Shown here piece after piece: positions 1 to 12,909 of a DNA stretch of 64,000 bases. How positions within the stretch are numbered: the stretch's first letter is position 1; each line of letters begins with the position of its first letter. A model generated the notes under the pieces. That model saw only the letters and a program-made list of their open reading frames with translations, was not told where the DNA came from and ran no database searches. Origin of the DNA: Chrysomallon squamiferum (lineage: Eukaryota > Animalia > Mollusca); the NCBI GenBank assembly GCA_012295275.1, contig CM022670.1:2666001-2730000 (forward strand), given 5' to 3'. Both the position numbers and the translations under genes were made by a program.

Positions 1-1163
1 CATGTTACTGAGCCGCGAAAAGTCTGCGGGAAATTGATGAATATTTCGTTTGACTTATTTTAAGCACTGAACTTACAAACAATTTTTGTTTTCTACAATT
101 AAGATAACATTTCTCATGGAAAAAACTAATAATGATGTGCCTTTGTAACTTAAGTGCGGTGTTCCCTAATTTGAAAACTGTTGAAAGTTGCTATACGAAA
201 CAGTTAGATTATTAGAAAGATAAATATTATTTTGTATTTTATGTTAAATAACTTCACTTTAAATTGTGCTCACGATCGTACATATACACATTTTCATTGA
301 AACATAAATATAACAAGACGAAACACGCGGAAAAAAAATTTAAAGAAAAAAAAAATGAAAGAAGAACGAAACAGAAAAAGAAATAAAACCAAAAAATGAT
401 CAAAAGAAGAAATACAAAAAAAGACGATAAAACAAATTCAAACTAATAATAATAATAAGAAGAAGAAGAAGAAGAAGAAAAGAGCAACAACAATAATATT
501 AATAATAACAGAATAAAAAAGATAAAAGATAAGTTATATCATATGTTTATAAGACAACATCAGATCAATAATAATGTTTTTGCAAAAAACTTGATTTATT
601 TTAGTGTACATGCCTATCAATACAGTTTGTAGATTATTATAAAGCCTATTACTGAGAATCTCTTTTATAAAATATTTTATGTTTTATTTTATTTTTAAAA
701 GACCAAAGCCGTTTCAGACGAGAAAGCTTCGCCATACGAAATCGTTTTGCATGGTAGAAGGTACGTTAGTCAGTAATGTTGTTTTTGTTTGTTTGTTGTT
801 GCTGTTGTTGTTTTTAGTAATTGTAATTTCTATCACCATTATCATCTCATCGTCGTTATCATCATCTTCGTCATCTTCAGTATTTATTTTTAAATATTGT
901 TTTTCATCATTATTTCACTACTACTACTGCTACTACAACCACTACTACTACTACCACTACTACTACTACTACTACTATCATTATTATACAATTTTTGTTT
1001 GCATTTGATTGTTATGACAAAACGTTTACTGTTACCATTTTCTTTCTGCTGCATAAGGAAATTAAAGCGTTTTCGTATAAAATATAATGTTTTATTAAAT
1101 AGTTGCTGTTTCTGTGTTTGTTTCTGTATTGATTTAATTTATTTATTTGATTTGATTTTTCAG

Positions 1164-1233
1164 ATGTCGCGGAATATTTGCTTTTTGCTTTTTGGATTAT
1201 TTTTGCTGTTTTCTTCAACACAGATAAAAGAAG
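1164..1233 (+). CDS. Gene 1 coding exon 1: signal peptide of an IgGFc-binding-domain membrane protein
   Basis: Acceptor tttgatttttcag directly followed by ATG; encodes MSRNICFLLFGLFLLFSSTQIKE(G) with a hydrophobic core; donor aag|gtaatg at 1234, phase 1, which joins the next exon in frame. Confidence 0.85.
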
Positions 1234-1686
1234 GTAATGTCATTTTTTAAATGTTTTACAAATTTTACTTTTTAATCCATTGGTATAAGAAAAACCCCCA
1301 GTTATTTCGGCTTGTCTTTGATGCTTAAACAGAATAAGCTTCAAGGTTGCTTTGACCACATTACGAGTGATCCTTGAGTAGAAATAATGAGGGACCAATA
1401 AAGAGAAAAGCCAGCAATAAAGAAAAAATAAAAGAATGAAATAAAAAAAGGAAGACAAAAAAAGGAAAAAGAAATGGGTGAAATGAAGGATGTAAAAAAG
1501 AAAATACAAAGAAGGATGTGAAAAGAATGAAATAAAAAAAATCACTTCTGACTCCAAAACTAGCAACATGTTTGTTATAACTGCTGAAAAGTATACCACT
1601 TTTGTAACATTTCGTCATATATTTCTGAAGCAGGCTGAAAAAATGGCTACATCAGTTTTAATTTCTTATTTTTTATTTTCTTACAG

Positions 1687-2985
1687 CGAGCGCAGATCTG
1701 AACAACGTTGGCAAAGAGTTCGTCGTCGCTTTTCCTCAACACGTTGGCATGTCTAAAAACAGCAGACTCGTAATCACAGTCACTGCAGTGCAGGAATCCA
1801 CTTCCAGCATTAAAATCTCAGCTCCTCTGTCAGAAAATACTCAGCCGATGATCAATCTGACCGCAGTTAACAAGACAGCTTCCACGGTGTATCTGAATCC
1901 TGAAATACGTCTGAGGGGATCAGCGATAGAGAGGAAAGGAATCTGGATCACGAGTGACCGTGATGTGGTTGTCCAGTGTTACAGCGTGTTCGAGAACAGT
2001 GACCTGCGGTCTAGCGACGGTTTCATGGCTTATCCCGTGGAAGCCCTGGGTAAGGAGTATCTGGCTGTGACTCACTGCTCGAGTGGTAGTTTATGCCAGG
2101 TCGCTGTCGTAGCCGCCTACGATGCGACGACGGTTGCCGTTTTTCTGAGAACTGGAAAAAACAATGAAGTCATCTTCAACAACAGTGTATATAAAAATGA
2201 CGAATCGTTTAAGGTCCTTCTGAACAAATACGAGACCTTCCAGATTCAAGGCAGGCGGGGATTTGACAGGAACGAAAGTCGTCTCATCTCGCGCTGTCGC
2301 TGTAGTCGCTGGATCGCCGTTGACAAGCAGGAACAATTCTTCAATCCAGACCTCGGACCACGTTGTGGAAATGCTGCCACCGCTTTACAGTTTGGGAACT
2401 GATTACGTCGTCGCCCCTTTTGCTAAAAGGAAGTTCGAGGATTACGTCAAAATTGTGGTGGACAAAAACTCGAGGGTGTGTGTGGATGGCGTCATGTATA
2501 ACATATCAAATAACGACCGTTATAAACTATTCCGATTAGAACCAGAAAGGCTTATGATTGTAAAGTCAAATAATCCAGTTTTAATCGCACACTTTTCGAA
2601 GAGTCGCTTAAAGAAGTTACCAGGAGAGAAATTTAAAACGGACATTTCGGTTGCTATAGTGACACCGTTGAACAGATGGTCCAGAAAATATGTCTTCAGT
2701 ACGCCTGATATTTTTAATCTCGTACTCACTAAGAAACGACCTCAGATCAGCTACATAACAGTGGTAACCTCGGCGACATGCTGTCATGATGTGATTCTCG
2801 ATCAGAGGAAACTGAAAGACTGGGTACATGATGGGGAGTTCGTGCACAAAGAAATTCAGCTGTCAAAGTTGAGTCATCTCCTTAGAGTCAGCGATCCAGA
2901 GTGTTTGGTTTCTGGGAGTATACACGGAATTGCGGTAAAAGAAGCTTGGTCTATGTCTCTTGGCTGGAACCTCGAAGACAATGGG
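1687..2985 (+). CDS. Gene 1 coding exon 2: IgGFc-binding protein N-terminal domain, with one frameshift near 2250-2262
   Basis: Acceptor ttttcttacag|; reads NNVGKEFVVAFPQH...GIWITSDRDVVV...SDGFMAYPVEALGKEYLAV...LNKYETFQIQ, then in the +1 frame DLTGTKVVSSRAVAVVAG...DHVVEMLPP...GTDY, all typical FCGBP-N motifs; donor ggg|gttagt at 2986, phase 0. Confidence 0.85.
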
Positions 2986-3270
2986 GTTAGTCGCTGACTG
3001 ACTCTGAGAGATTATTTTAAATAGGGAGAGTGTTAGGAATGAAATTAATTAAAGGTTGACTTTAATAAATAAAAAAACTGAATGAATGACTTTCTGCTTG
3101 TTATCAGTGGCTCTGTGACCGATATAATTATATAATTATTTATTTTATTTTATAGTATTATATCTTCATATCTTTATTCTTCTGCTTCTTATTTAATTAT
3201 TTAATTAATGATTCATTTATTCATTCATTCATTCATTTATTCAATTACATAAATTATATTTTAATTTCAG

Positions 3271-5214
3271 AATAATCGATATTTTTTCAACTCCACGATG
3301 GGAACTATTTGCATTCCTCCTGAAGACATAATCACGTGGCTGACAGTTGACAGTTATTTGTCAACAGTCGACCTCAAGATCTCCTCTGAGACGAATTACG
3401 AAATCTCCTCACTGACAACCTCTGCTGATAATTACATACAGTCCACATCAGCAATTACAAATGAATCAGAGGGATTCACCCCAGCGTTCGTCAAAAGCAC
3501 TTTTCCTATTTATGAAGCAACGACGGTCTCACAACCATCAGTTTCTGGTTATTACACAGGATTTGTCAAGAGGACATTAGCATATGACACTGATTTGATC
3601 TCTAGCGATTACCTAAACTCCGCCTCAGTAGATTCGGTTACGAAGCCATCGGCTTATAACACTTATTTGATCTCTAGCGATTACCTAAACTCCGTATCAG
3701 AAGATACGCTTGCGAAGCCATCGACTTATAACACTGGCTTGGTCCCTAGCGATTACCTAAACTCCGTATCAGAAGATACGCTTGCGAAGCCATCGGCTTA
3801 TAACACTGGCTTGGTCCCTAGCGATTACCTAAACTCCGTATCAGAAGATACGCTTGCGAAGCCATCGGCTTATAACACTGGCTTGGTCCCTAGCGATTAC
3901 CTAAACTCCGTATCAGAAGATACGCTTGCGAAGCCATCGGCTTATAACACTGGCTCCCTAGCGATTACCTAAACTCCGTATCAGAAGATACACTTTGATA
4001 TCGGCTTATAACACTGGCTTGGTCCCTAGCGATTACCTAAACCATCAGAAGATACGGCCATATAACACTGGCTTGGTCCCTAGCGATTACCTAAACTCCG
4101 TATCAGAAGATACGCTTGCGAAGCCATCGGCTTATAACACTGGCTTGGTCCCTAGCGATTACCTAAACTCCGTATCAGAAGATACGCTTGCGAAGCCATC
4201 GGCTTATAACACTGGCTTGGTCCCTAGCGATTACCTAAACTCCGTATCAGAAGTATACGCTTGCGAAGCCATCGGCTTATAACACTGGCTTGGTCCCTAG
4301 CGATTACCTAAACTCCGTATCAGAAGATACGCTTGCGAAGCCATCGGCTTATAACACTGGCTTGGTCCCTAGCGATTACCTAAACTCCGTATCAGAAGAT
4401 ACACTTGCGAAGCCATCGGCTTATAACACTGATTTGGTCTCTAGTGATTACCTATTCTCCGCTTCATTGGGTACGGTTGCGAACACCATCGGCTTATAAC
4501 ACTGGCTTGGTCCCTAGCGATTACCTAAACTCCGTATCAGAAGATACGCTTGCGAAGCCATCGGCTTATAACACTGGCTTGGTCCCTCGATTACCTAAAC
4601 TCCGTATCAGAAGATGATTACCTGGCTTGGTCCTTAGCGATTCCGTATCAGAAGACACACTTGCGAAGCCATCGGCTTATAACACTGATTTGGTCTCTAG
4701 TGATTACCTATTCTCCGCTTCATTGGGTACGGTTACGAAGCCATCGGCTTATAACACTCACTTGGTCTCTAGCGATTATATTGAAACGACTCCTGAAATC
4801 TACACCCCAATTACATCAAAGAGTGCTGGATTAACTGACGTTCCGGACACTTCACAAACAACTCCAAAATATCCATTAACAACCAAATCTAGCAGAATCC
4901 AAAACGCAACGACCTGTCCCATTTGGGTCTGTGCCTGCATTGCAGCCAAACCAAACGGGCAAAACAGTCAAAGAATGCAGTCTTTAAAAAAGAATCTCTT
5001 GGTTGATAAAAGGTATTTGTCGTCGACAGCTAGAAGATACACGAGTGTAAAGGATAACCGTCCTTTTGCCGTGGTTCTAGGATGCAGTGGAATGATGTTC
5101 ATCTGGCTCACTGGGTTTCTTCTTTGTTTCGGTGACTTTGTCAAAGTGCTGTCCTTCGCGTGTTCGTTCAACAGAAAGAAAGAAGCAGTCACTTCTGAGA
5201 AGAGCGATTTATAA
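3271..5214 (+). CDS. Gene 1 terminal exon: Ser/Thr-rich stalk, 24-aa tandem repeat, Cys/basic juxtamembrane module, TM helix, short tail; several frameshifts inside the repeat
   Basis: Acceptor ttaatttcag| at 3270 is phase 0 and in frame with ORF 3298..3972; the repeat continues through ORFs 3995, 4290 and 4627; ends ...DNRPFAVVLGCSGMMFIWLTGFLLCFGDF...SDL* and aligns with the gene 2 C-terminus. Confidence 0.75.
3585..4780 (+). repeat. Coding minisatellite, 72-bp unit (KPSAYNTGLVPSDYLNSVSEDTLA), about 16 copies
   Basis: Unit gccatcggcttataacactggcttggtccctagcgattacctaaactccgtatcagaagatacgcttgcgaa repeated almost perfectly; some units carry indels. Confidence 0.97.
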
Positions 5215-5319
5215 AACTTTGTGCAGTGATCCTAGAAGGTAACCAAAGAGGACAGTTTTAATGAAATATTATCTAAACGATTAAGCTATATAATAATATA
5301 TAAATAGTAATAATAATTA

Positions 5320-5322
5320 ATG

Positions 5323-5394
<72 letters not shown>

Positions 5395-5608
5395 GTTATT
5401 ATAGTAATATTTGCATAAGAAATGACTGACATGTTTTGATAATAATGAATGAAACAATCCGAAGTATAACATATAACTTACAAAATACGTTTAGCCATAA
5501 TTTTAATAAAAAAAAATTTCAAAATGTATTATTGTTGTTGTTGTTGTTGTTGTTGTTGTTATTATTGTTGCTGCTGTTGGTGCTCTTGTTATGGTCTTAC
5601 TGCTACTA

Positions 5609-5650
<42 letters not shown>

Positions 5651-5758
5651 TACTATTATTATTATTAGTATTACTATTATTACTATTATTATTATTATTA
5701 TTATTACTATTATTATTATTATTATTACTATTATTATTATTATTATTATTACTATTAC

Positions 5759-5827
<69 letters not shown>
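5320..5827. repeat. (AAT)n/(ATT)n/(GTT)n microsatellite cluster
   Basis: Directly visible; source of the poly-I/L/N ORFs. Confidence 0.95.
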
Positions 5828-5828
<1 letters not shown>

Positions 5829-6027
5829 GCCTTTTGTAATACTTTTGTAATCTCTATCATCGTGAATATTGGTGTGTTCCACATAATATTGTTCCTTTTA
5901 TAAAAGAACTGTCATATTTCAGGAAATTATAAAAGCAAGGAAACCTTTATATAATGAATGACTGAAAACATTTTAGCTCTGAAATGGTATAATATATTGT
6001 ACTTGTGATTAAAAACAATACACATAC

Positions 6028-6235
6028 TGGGAGAAGAAACTCACCGGCTTCCCACAGCGATCCTTTTCAGTTAGTAGCAAAGATCTTTTATATGCATTTT
6101 CACAGTGAGGAAAGCGTTTATTACAGCCTTTGATAAACCAGCCATGATGTACTGTCTGAGACAAATAAATTCAGTGAACATGATGACGAGATTTGATCCT
6201 ATTACACATTACGCTTTACACCTAGGCTTAACCAA
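6028..6235 (-). mobile_element. Degenerate SINE fragment, probably a MetaSINE-type core
   Basis: ttagtagcaaagatcttttatatgcattttcacag...acagcctttgataaaccag resembles the reverse complement of the recalled Meta core (gtgggatggtgcatataaaagatcccttgctgctaa); cagcctttgataaa is shared with 52770-52905. Confidence 0.55.
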
Positions 6236-6285
6236 TTTATACATAACTTTTAAACATGCTGTTTGAAACAGCAATTTCAATAACA

Positions 6286-6339
<54 letters not shown>

Positions 6340-7951
6340 TGTAATTGTCGTTGTTGTTGTTGTTATTTTTATTGTTTTTGTTGTTGTTGTTGGTGTTTTG
6401 TTTTTTTAACCCTTATAAACAAAACGGGACAGAAAATACTAATTTGCTTTTATCAGTTATTTGACATACAAAGTATTTTTTTTTTTTTTTTTTAAATAGT
6501 TTTAGCGACAGATCAATACTTCGTTTTGAACTGCATCATGGAAAACGGGTGCGTTAAGTTTGCTGCACTTATTATTCTGCTATAAAATCAGCAGTATATG
6601 AATTATTTAACCTCTAATCTTAATTTGTTACTAACGCTTATTATTCTGAAACATCATCATGACAACAAATGAAAAACAAATGTCAAAGCTAACTGAGTTT
6701 TTGTTTAACGTGTATTTTGTTTCGTGTGTTACCTTCATGACAACGTATTGATTTATCACAGACCCATTGTTTAGAAAATCACTTTCGGATGTTTGATGAC
6801 CTAAACGATAACTGGCAGGAAAATCTATTAGACTCAGTCGAAAAAGTTGTTAACACTTGAACCTGTGTAATATGAAAGGATGGAGATAAATAAAGAAAAT
6901 CTTTCAAGCTTGCAGTTTCATTATTAATTAACAGAGTCGAATGGTAGAAGGCTTAATTGGCTCTGTCTGCAAAGGCCTAATTAAAACAACTACGTTTAAG
7001 AAAGTCCGTCTCAAAACTAGAATTTCGAAGACATGTTTATCTGTGCACATAAATACCTACGTGTGAATTGATGGATGTGTGGGCTGATGGACAGGTAGAC
7101 AGACAGACAGATAAACACACAGATACATAAACATTTGTACACACAGAGTTATTATTGCTTACATTATTTTTTTAACATTCATCAATACAGCAATAATCAT
7201 TCATTAATTTATTTATTATATATTTTTATTTATTTTATTGAATCTTAAGCTTGAGGAATAAAAAAAAAAAAAAAAAATGAGAGAAGAAAAGCATGTTATT
7301 AAATTGCAAAGACGTGTACACATTCTGGGCTGTCGTCTAGAATTGATTGACTAAACTGCGGTTTTTGTCTGAAATCTGTGATCCGAATCACAGCAGAGAA
7401 AAGTTAAGCAGTGTTCTCAAGAAATCAGGTTTAGAATGGAGACGTAAACATTTAATAAGTAAATAAATAAATAAATAAATTTAAAAAAACAAGAACATAA
7501 ATATAGATATATAAAAAAAAGATAATTAAATTTAATATTTCTTTGATTTAATTTAAATGCATGGTGCGTTGAAGATATAGGAGGAATGTATTTAGTTGCT
7601 AAGAGGTTTATTGTTGAATAATTATTATGTGACGTATTTTGATCCGGAAAAAACCCGAATAATCCGGAAAGACTTTAGATCCACGTGTTCCGGAAAATCG
7701 AGCATCTACATGTAATCTTCTTTAATAATGAACCTTTTATTGAAATACCCAGATGATCTGCCATTGACAGATTACATTTCACCAGCTGTGTGTTCTCTCT
7801 GTTGCGGAATTACAAAGTACTGATATTAAAATTAACTACTTGCAAGAATACTCGTTAGATTTCCAAAGATTCAGTCTGTTTAGATTATTTCTGTATTTCA
7901 GTTCTTGAAGAAAGAAAATGATCCAGCAGTTCGGAGTTTGATTTTTGAATA

Positions 7952-8423
7952 CAGAGGCACCTGTTTTGTACGGACACCCGTGGGGCCGAGCAAAAGTGTT
8001 CCTCCTCTCATCAGAGGGACAAAAAAGTTACAGACAATTGTTTTTTGACCACAGAATGATGTTGAATGTTGGAATGATCAAAATTATGCATCTAATGGCT
8101 TGAACTCGCACTCTTTGGCGGAAAGCGTTTGGCGATTGAAATCCCCCGATTTGACAAAAACAACAACTGCACGCACTGTTCAGTACAGGAAACGGGCGAC
8201 GCCATTTTTAAAAATGTCGTGTAAAGCTGCTGTAAAACAGATCAAAATTGGTTTCACTGTCCGCTTTAGCAGTGGGTCAATAATTTTCAAAAATGTCCGC
8301 GTTCAGCACGTGTTCGCCGACCTAACGGACATAGCTACTGAAAAACAATCGGGACTCGCAAAAGTGTCCGTACATCTCAGGTGGCCGCTGATCTCGTAGG
8401 CCGCTAAAGACAGGTACCGCTTG
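7952..8423. mobile_element. MITE of Tc1/mariner-pogo type, about 470 bp
   Basis: TA|CAGAGGCACCTGTTTTGTACGGAC ... GGCCGCTAAAGACAGGTACCGCTTG|TA: imperfect TIRs with TA on both flanks; internal gtgtccgtac is inverted to gtacggacac; CpG-rich relative to the flanks. Confidence 0.65.
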
Positions 8424-10263
8424 TACTCAAAGATTAAATGTTTTGTGTCTGTTTACTAATCTCTAACATGCTTGTAAATTAATTTTGTACTGATATTTTT
8501 AGATATTATTAATTCGGACAACGCAAAATAAAAAGTATAAAATTGTAGATAATATAATGAAAGAACGTCAAAAAGAGTTAAATACATTTTAATATTACTG
8601 GTTAAGTAATAAGATATTATATAAATAATACTGACATAATAATAATGATGAAGATGACAACAGTACTAATAAAAAGAAAAGAACAAAAAGAACAACAACA
8701 GAAATATCAACAATAATAATTGTAATAACAGTAATTATAATAATTAATTATTGTAATATTATATAATATAATGCAATATAATGTAATATAATGTAATATA
8801 ATGTAATATAATACAGTATAATGCAATATAACACAAAATCTTATAATATAATATTATGTACTATAATATAATATAATATAATATAATATAATAAAAACTG
8901 TCTTGACTCCTCTTGATATAGTAACTTACTTTCAATAGCTTTGTGTCTCTTTTCTGAAAATCAATTAAAATAATCTAAATAACAACCTAACACTAAAGTG
9001 CTACTATTTACTTCATCCGAATCTGGGATAACTAAATCCGGGATTAATCCGCTTTACATTTGACTGTTCATACCTGTATAGATTTTTTTTTCTTTTTCTT
9101 TTTTACATTAATATAGTTCAAGCAAAATGTATCACCTGAACAATACAGGATGAAAATAAGAAGAGTCAAAATATATTTTACAAAAAAAAAGAAAAGAAAA
9201 AAATATTGATGAGTATTAAGCGGATAACACTTACAGATTCAGAATCTACTGAGTTAGAGTTATAAATCGTTAAAAGTGATTTAAAACCGGAATTCCCTAC
9301 AACATCAGTTAATATCTACACCAAGATTCAATGAAATGCCAGGCTTATTTTTTAGGGCCAGTAAAATCCACACAGAAGTTAGAAATTCCACCTGTTTAAC
9401 ACGATTGTTGGTCAACAAAATCAAAACAGGAGGATGTTTTGAGGGGATAAACTAAATACTTCGATCTCATATCTGGGGTTTTAAAATTGATTAGCTAAGC
9501 TTGTTAATATGATAAATAAAGAAAATACATTTAAAAAAATTTATTTAAAAAAAAAAAAAAAAAAAAAGGAGATATTACATTTTATATAAATGTTTATCTC
9601 GATCAACTATTTTTTTTCTTTCATTTTTAACAAATAAAATTGTATCATGTTGTCTAGTTGCACAACGAATAAAATATTGTCTAAAATAAAATGACTAAAA
9701 CCCTAGTCAACATAATACCGTAGATAGAATACACAAACATGATAATCATTTCTGTATGTATATGTGTGTGCGAGTGTGTGTCACAAAAAGCCGCATTAAA
9801 AGGTTAATTTTATTAGACTGTTTTCTCTCGAGACAAAGCTTTATTTACATTTAAATTTTAATGGAAGCAAATGTTTACTAATAATAAATGCTCACAGTAA
9901 TTGTGTAATTTTCACGAGGTCCAAGCTTTTTGCTCAAATTTAAATTGTAAAGATACAACATTATGCCGCGTAGAATCTGTTGATATAATTAGCTGAGGCT
10001 TTGTTTGTGGAAATAATGTAATCCTGCGTTTAAAGTGGAATAAACTCGAAGTTATTACTTACCGGCATTTGATGATTCCATCATGTAGACTAATACTTGT
10101 TTGTCTGCGCGATAGTCTGTTTTGACAGCGAACTCCATTCTTTATTCGCATTGTTAAACATTTAGCAACAATAACTCTATATAATTAAAGAAAGAAAAAA
10201 AAACCATCGAACATTTGAACCGAATATAGAGAAAGTAACTCTTACATCCAGTTAATAGTAGTA

Positions 10264-10322
<59 letters not shown>

Positions 10323-10326
10323 AATA

Positions 10327-10364
<38 letters not shown>

Positions 10365-10439
10365 TTATAATATATTTTTTTTATTGGTTTTATATACATA
10401 TTACGATGACAGCTGAAAACTAATCGACACGTGTTTAAC

Positions 10440-10621
10440 GGCTTGGTTCACTAAGTAACGTTACCGCCGCAAGCACCAGTCTGTGTCTGGTGCCTGTTGT
10501 TTGTTTGTCAGTCGATGCACGATAATGAATTAGCAGGAATAATCGCTACACAAGTCAGCAACACACATTTTTATCATCTGTCACTCTGCAGTTAGGTCTG
10601 GTGTCGCAGTAACAGAGAAAG
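10440..10621 (+). promoter_or_regulatory. Probable promoter and non-coding first exon of gene 2 (start approximate)
   Basis: Complex, more GC-rich island ending in the strong donor aaag|gtaaga at 10622; gene 2's ATG directly follows an acceptor AG, so an upstream exon is required. Confidence 0.5.
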
Positions 10622-12388
10622 GTAAGATACACTCATCTGAGTCTTGTTTTAGAGCGTTTGAATTTAATATAGTATTAGCTTGTTTGTTTGTTTGTGGCGA
10701 CTTTGAGACTTTCTGATTATCTTGCAAAATACGAAAGTCTTTTTTTTTTTACTTTATACAGAGATGTAATTTTAAAAGTAAAATAAAATGTCAATATTTT
10801 TTTTTTCAAGTGAATTGGAATACCCTTTATTAATAATTATGTAAATTTGATCGCTTTCTTTGAATTTGAATTTATAAATGAAAATAATGATAAAATTTGA
10901 TTAACTCTTGAGGATAAATGAACTAATACTATCATCATTTATTTTTTTATTTAGTTATTTTTATTTATTTATTTATCAATTTATTTATTTATTTATTTAT
11001 TTTGAAATCCTTGTTGATATAACATATGTACAATGATTTTCTCAGTCTATCGGACATTTTAAAACTACAGGATCGTTGTAAAATACTTCTGCAATTTTCA
11101 TAACATCTGATCTATAACAGAACTGACCTGTAAAAAGAACAATAGAAACAAAATGAGGTTTTTAAACATATTTATTGTTTTTAAATTTCCACATCATCAC
11201 CGTCATTATGCTTTAATTGAAAATCATCTACAAACTTTATTTCTAGAACTTCAGAAACGTATCACAATGTGTATCCACAATGACAACGGTCATGTTGAAA
11301 ATTAAGAATCTGAACAACAAATAAATTTTAAAATCTATAAATTACTTTCTCTCATTCTTTTCGCAGATGAATTCAGTCATACATGGATCAGACGCTATAA
11401 ACATTTGTGAATGCACAAGGATTTCATAATTACAATAAACAAAATAAATACAAACGTCGACCACAAGAAAAAATTAAAATTCAAAAATAGGGGAGAAATC
11501 ATTTTGAAATTATTTAGTTATTTATTTTTTTACTTTATTTTATCACTTTTAATACGATTTACCTAAACCTCGAAACAGCTGAAAAATGTATAAAATAATT
11601 GTAAAACTTTCCTAGCTCGATTAACCTATTAAAAGTTTTACGAAATTATTTTATGGTTTTTAATTCACTTTTCGCATACTTTCAGCTACTGTTGTACTAT
11701 TTCATTTATATATTCCACGAATCATATAAGCAGTAACTGTTCTAAATAAATAAAAAATAAAACATGTATTCAGTATTTAATTCTTCATAAAAATTTCGAT
11801 TGAACAAAACTATCTAAAATACAGTTTCAGTTCAAATACTGTATTATCGATAAAAATGCGCGTGTATATAGACATCCACGTAAATGTATAGACATACATA
11901 TAAAGAGATTTGCTTTAACAAAACATTTTTAAAGGAAATGTATCTGTAAATATATGTTTGTTTGTATATTTACGTACGTATGTACATATAAATTATGTAT
12001 GTCGATAATATGAAACCTGTTATCCAGCTCCACAAAATAAAAACGTAGTTCTAACCTAGCTCGAGATTACAAAATATAAATGACTTATTATTTTATACTA
12101 TGGATTTCTCACTGAAACAACAATATTTCAATTTATTTACCAGTCACGGTTATTCTGGCATGTAATTCATCAATACTCCTATAGATATTAATTGGTATTC
12201 CTGGATTATTTCAAATGAATATTTTTGCAATAAATAAATAAGCAAAGTCGTCATTCCAATAAATTCATCGACATCAACAAAGCGTAAATTTAATTAGTTT
12301 TTTTATTTTTATTATTTTGATAATTTTAGTCTGAGTAGATTTTAAAATGAAATGAATGCTAAATTATAAATAAAAATTTCAATTGCAG

Positions 12389-12449
12389 ATGCTGAATTTG
12401 AGAAATATAATGCTGTTGATGTATGTTGTGGATTTACATAATGTCGATG
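12389..12449 (+). CDS. Gene 2 coding exon 1: signal peptide
   Basis: ttgcag|ATG; MLNLRNIMLLMYVVDLHNVD(G); donor g|gtaagt at 12450, phase 1; same layout as gene 1. Confidence 0.75.
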
Positions 12450-12692
12450 GTAAGTAAGTATTAAAAATATATATTATAATACTTACTAAGCTATTTGACT
12501 TTTCCAGACTTTTGTTCTAACAGTTCAGATATAGTAAGGATGAAAGAGAATCACATGAATAAATAATTCTATGAAAATTAATTCGGTCTAAATAGAGATT
12601 TGTTTTGATTTCTTCTTTATGGTATTCTTAACTTTGGATTGCTTGTTGATACTTCAGATAAATATATAAAAAGAATTTCATTAAATAATAGC

Positions 12693-12749
<57 letters not shown>

Positions 12750-12868
12750 ATTTCTCTCTAGTAAACAAACATACACATACAGACACACAAACACATGTAT
12801 GAATTGACGAATATCTAAACAGACTGATATTTAATTATATTATTCAGTTTTATTAAATAATTGATTCC

Positions 12869-12900
<32 letters not shown>

Positions 12901-12909
12901 GTTATTTAG

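Noticed and set aside
679-1163. ORFs 679..1008 and the upstream part of 897..1250
   Set aside because: Derived from (CTA)/(TCA)/(GTT) microsatellites; only 1164-1233 is a credible exon
2263-2402. C-terminal part of ORF 1749..2402 and ORF 2263..2997 as a separate gene
   Set aside because: They are two halves of one domain split by a frameshift
3585-4780. Regular repeat array superficially like CRISPR
   Set aside because: No unique spacers, unit is a multiple of 3 and coding, eukaryotic context
5436-6495. Poly-I/L/N/C ORFs here and similar ones at 10154, 16067, 18953, 21183, 30267, 32598, 33659, 35317, 39599, 46401 and 61955
   Set aside because: Stop-free readings of simple repeats
8100-8399. 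99-aa ORF
   Set aside because: Inside a MITE, non-ATG start, no recognisable domain
9286-9297. GGAATTCCC NF-kB-like site upstream of gene 2
   Set aside because: Single imperfect match, expected by chance
12861-12909. Poly-Tyr N-terminus of ORF 12861..14276
   Set aside because: Intronic (TAT)n upstream of the acceptor at 12909
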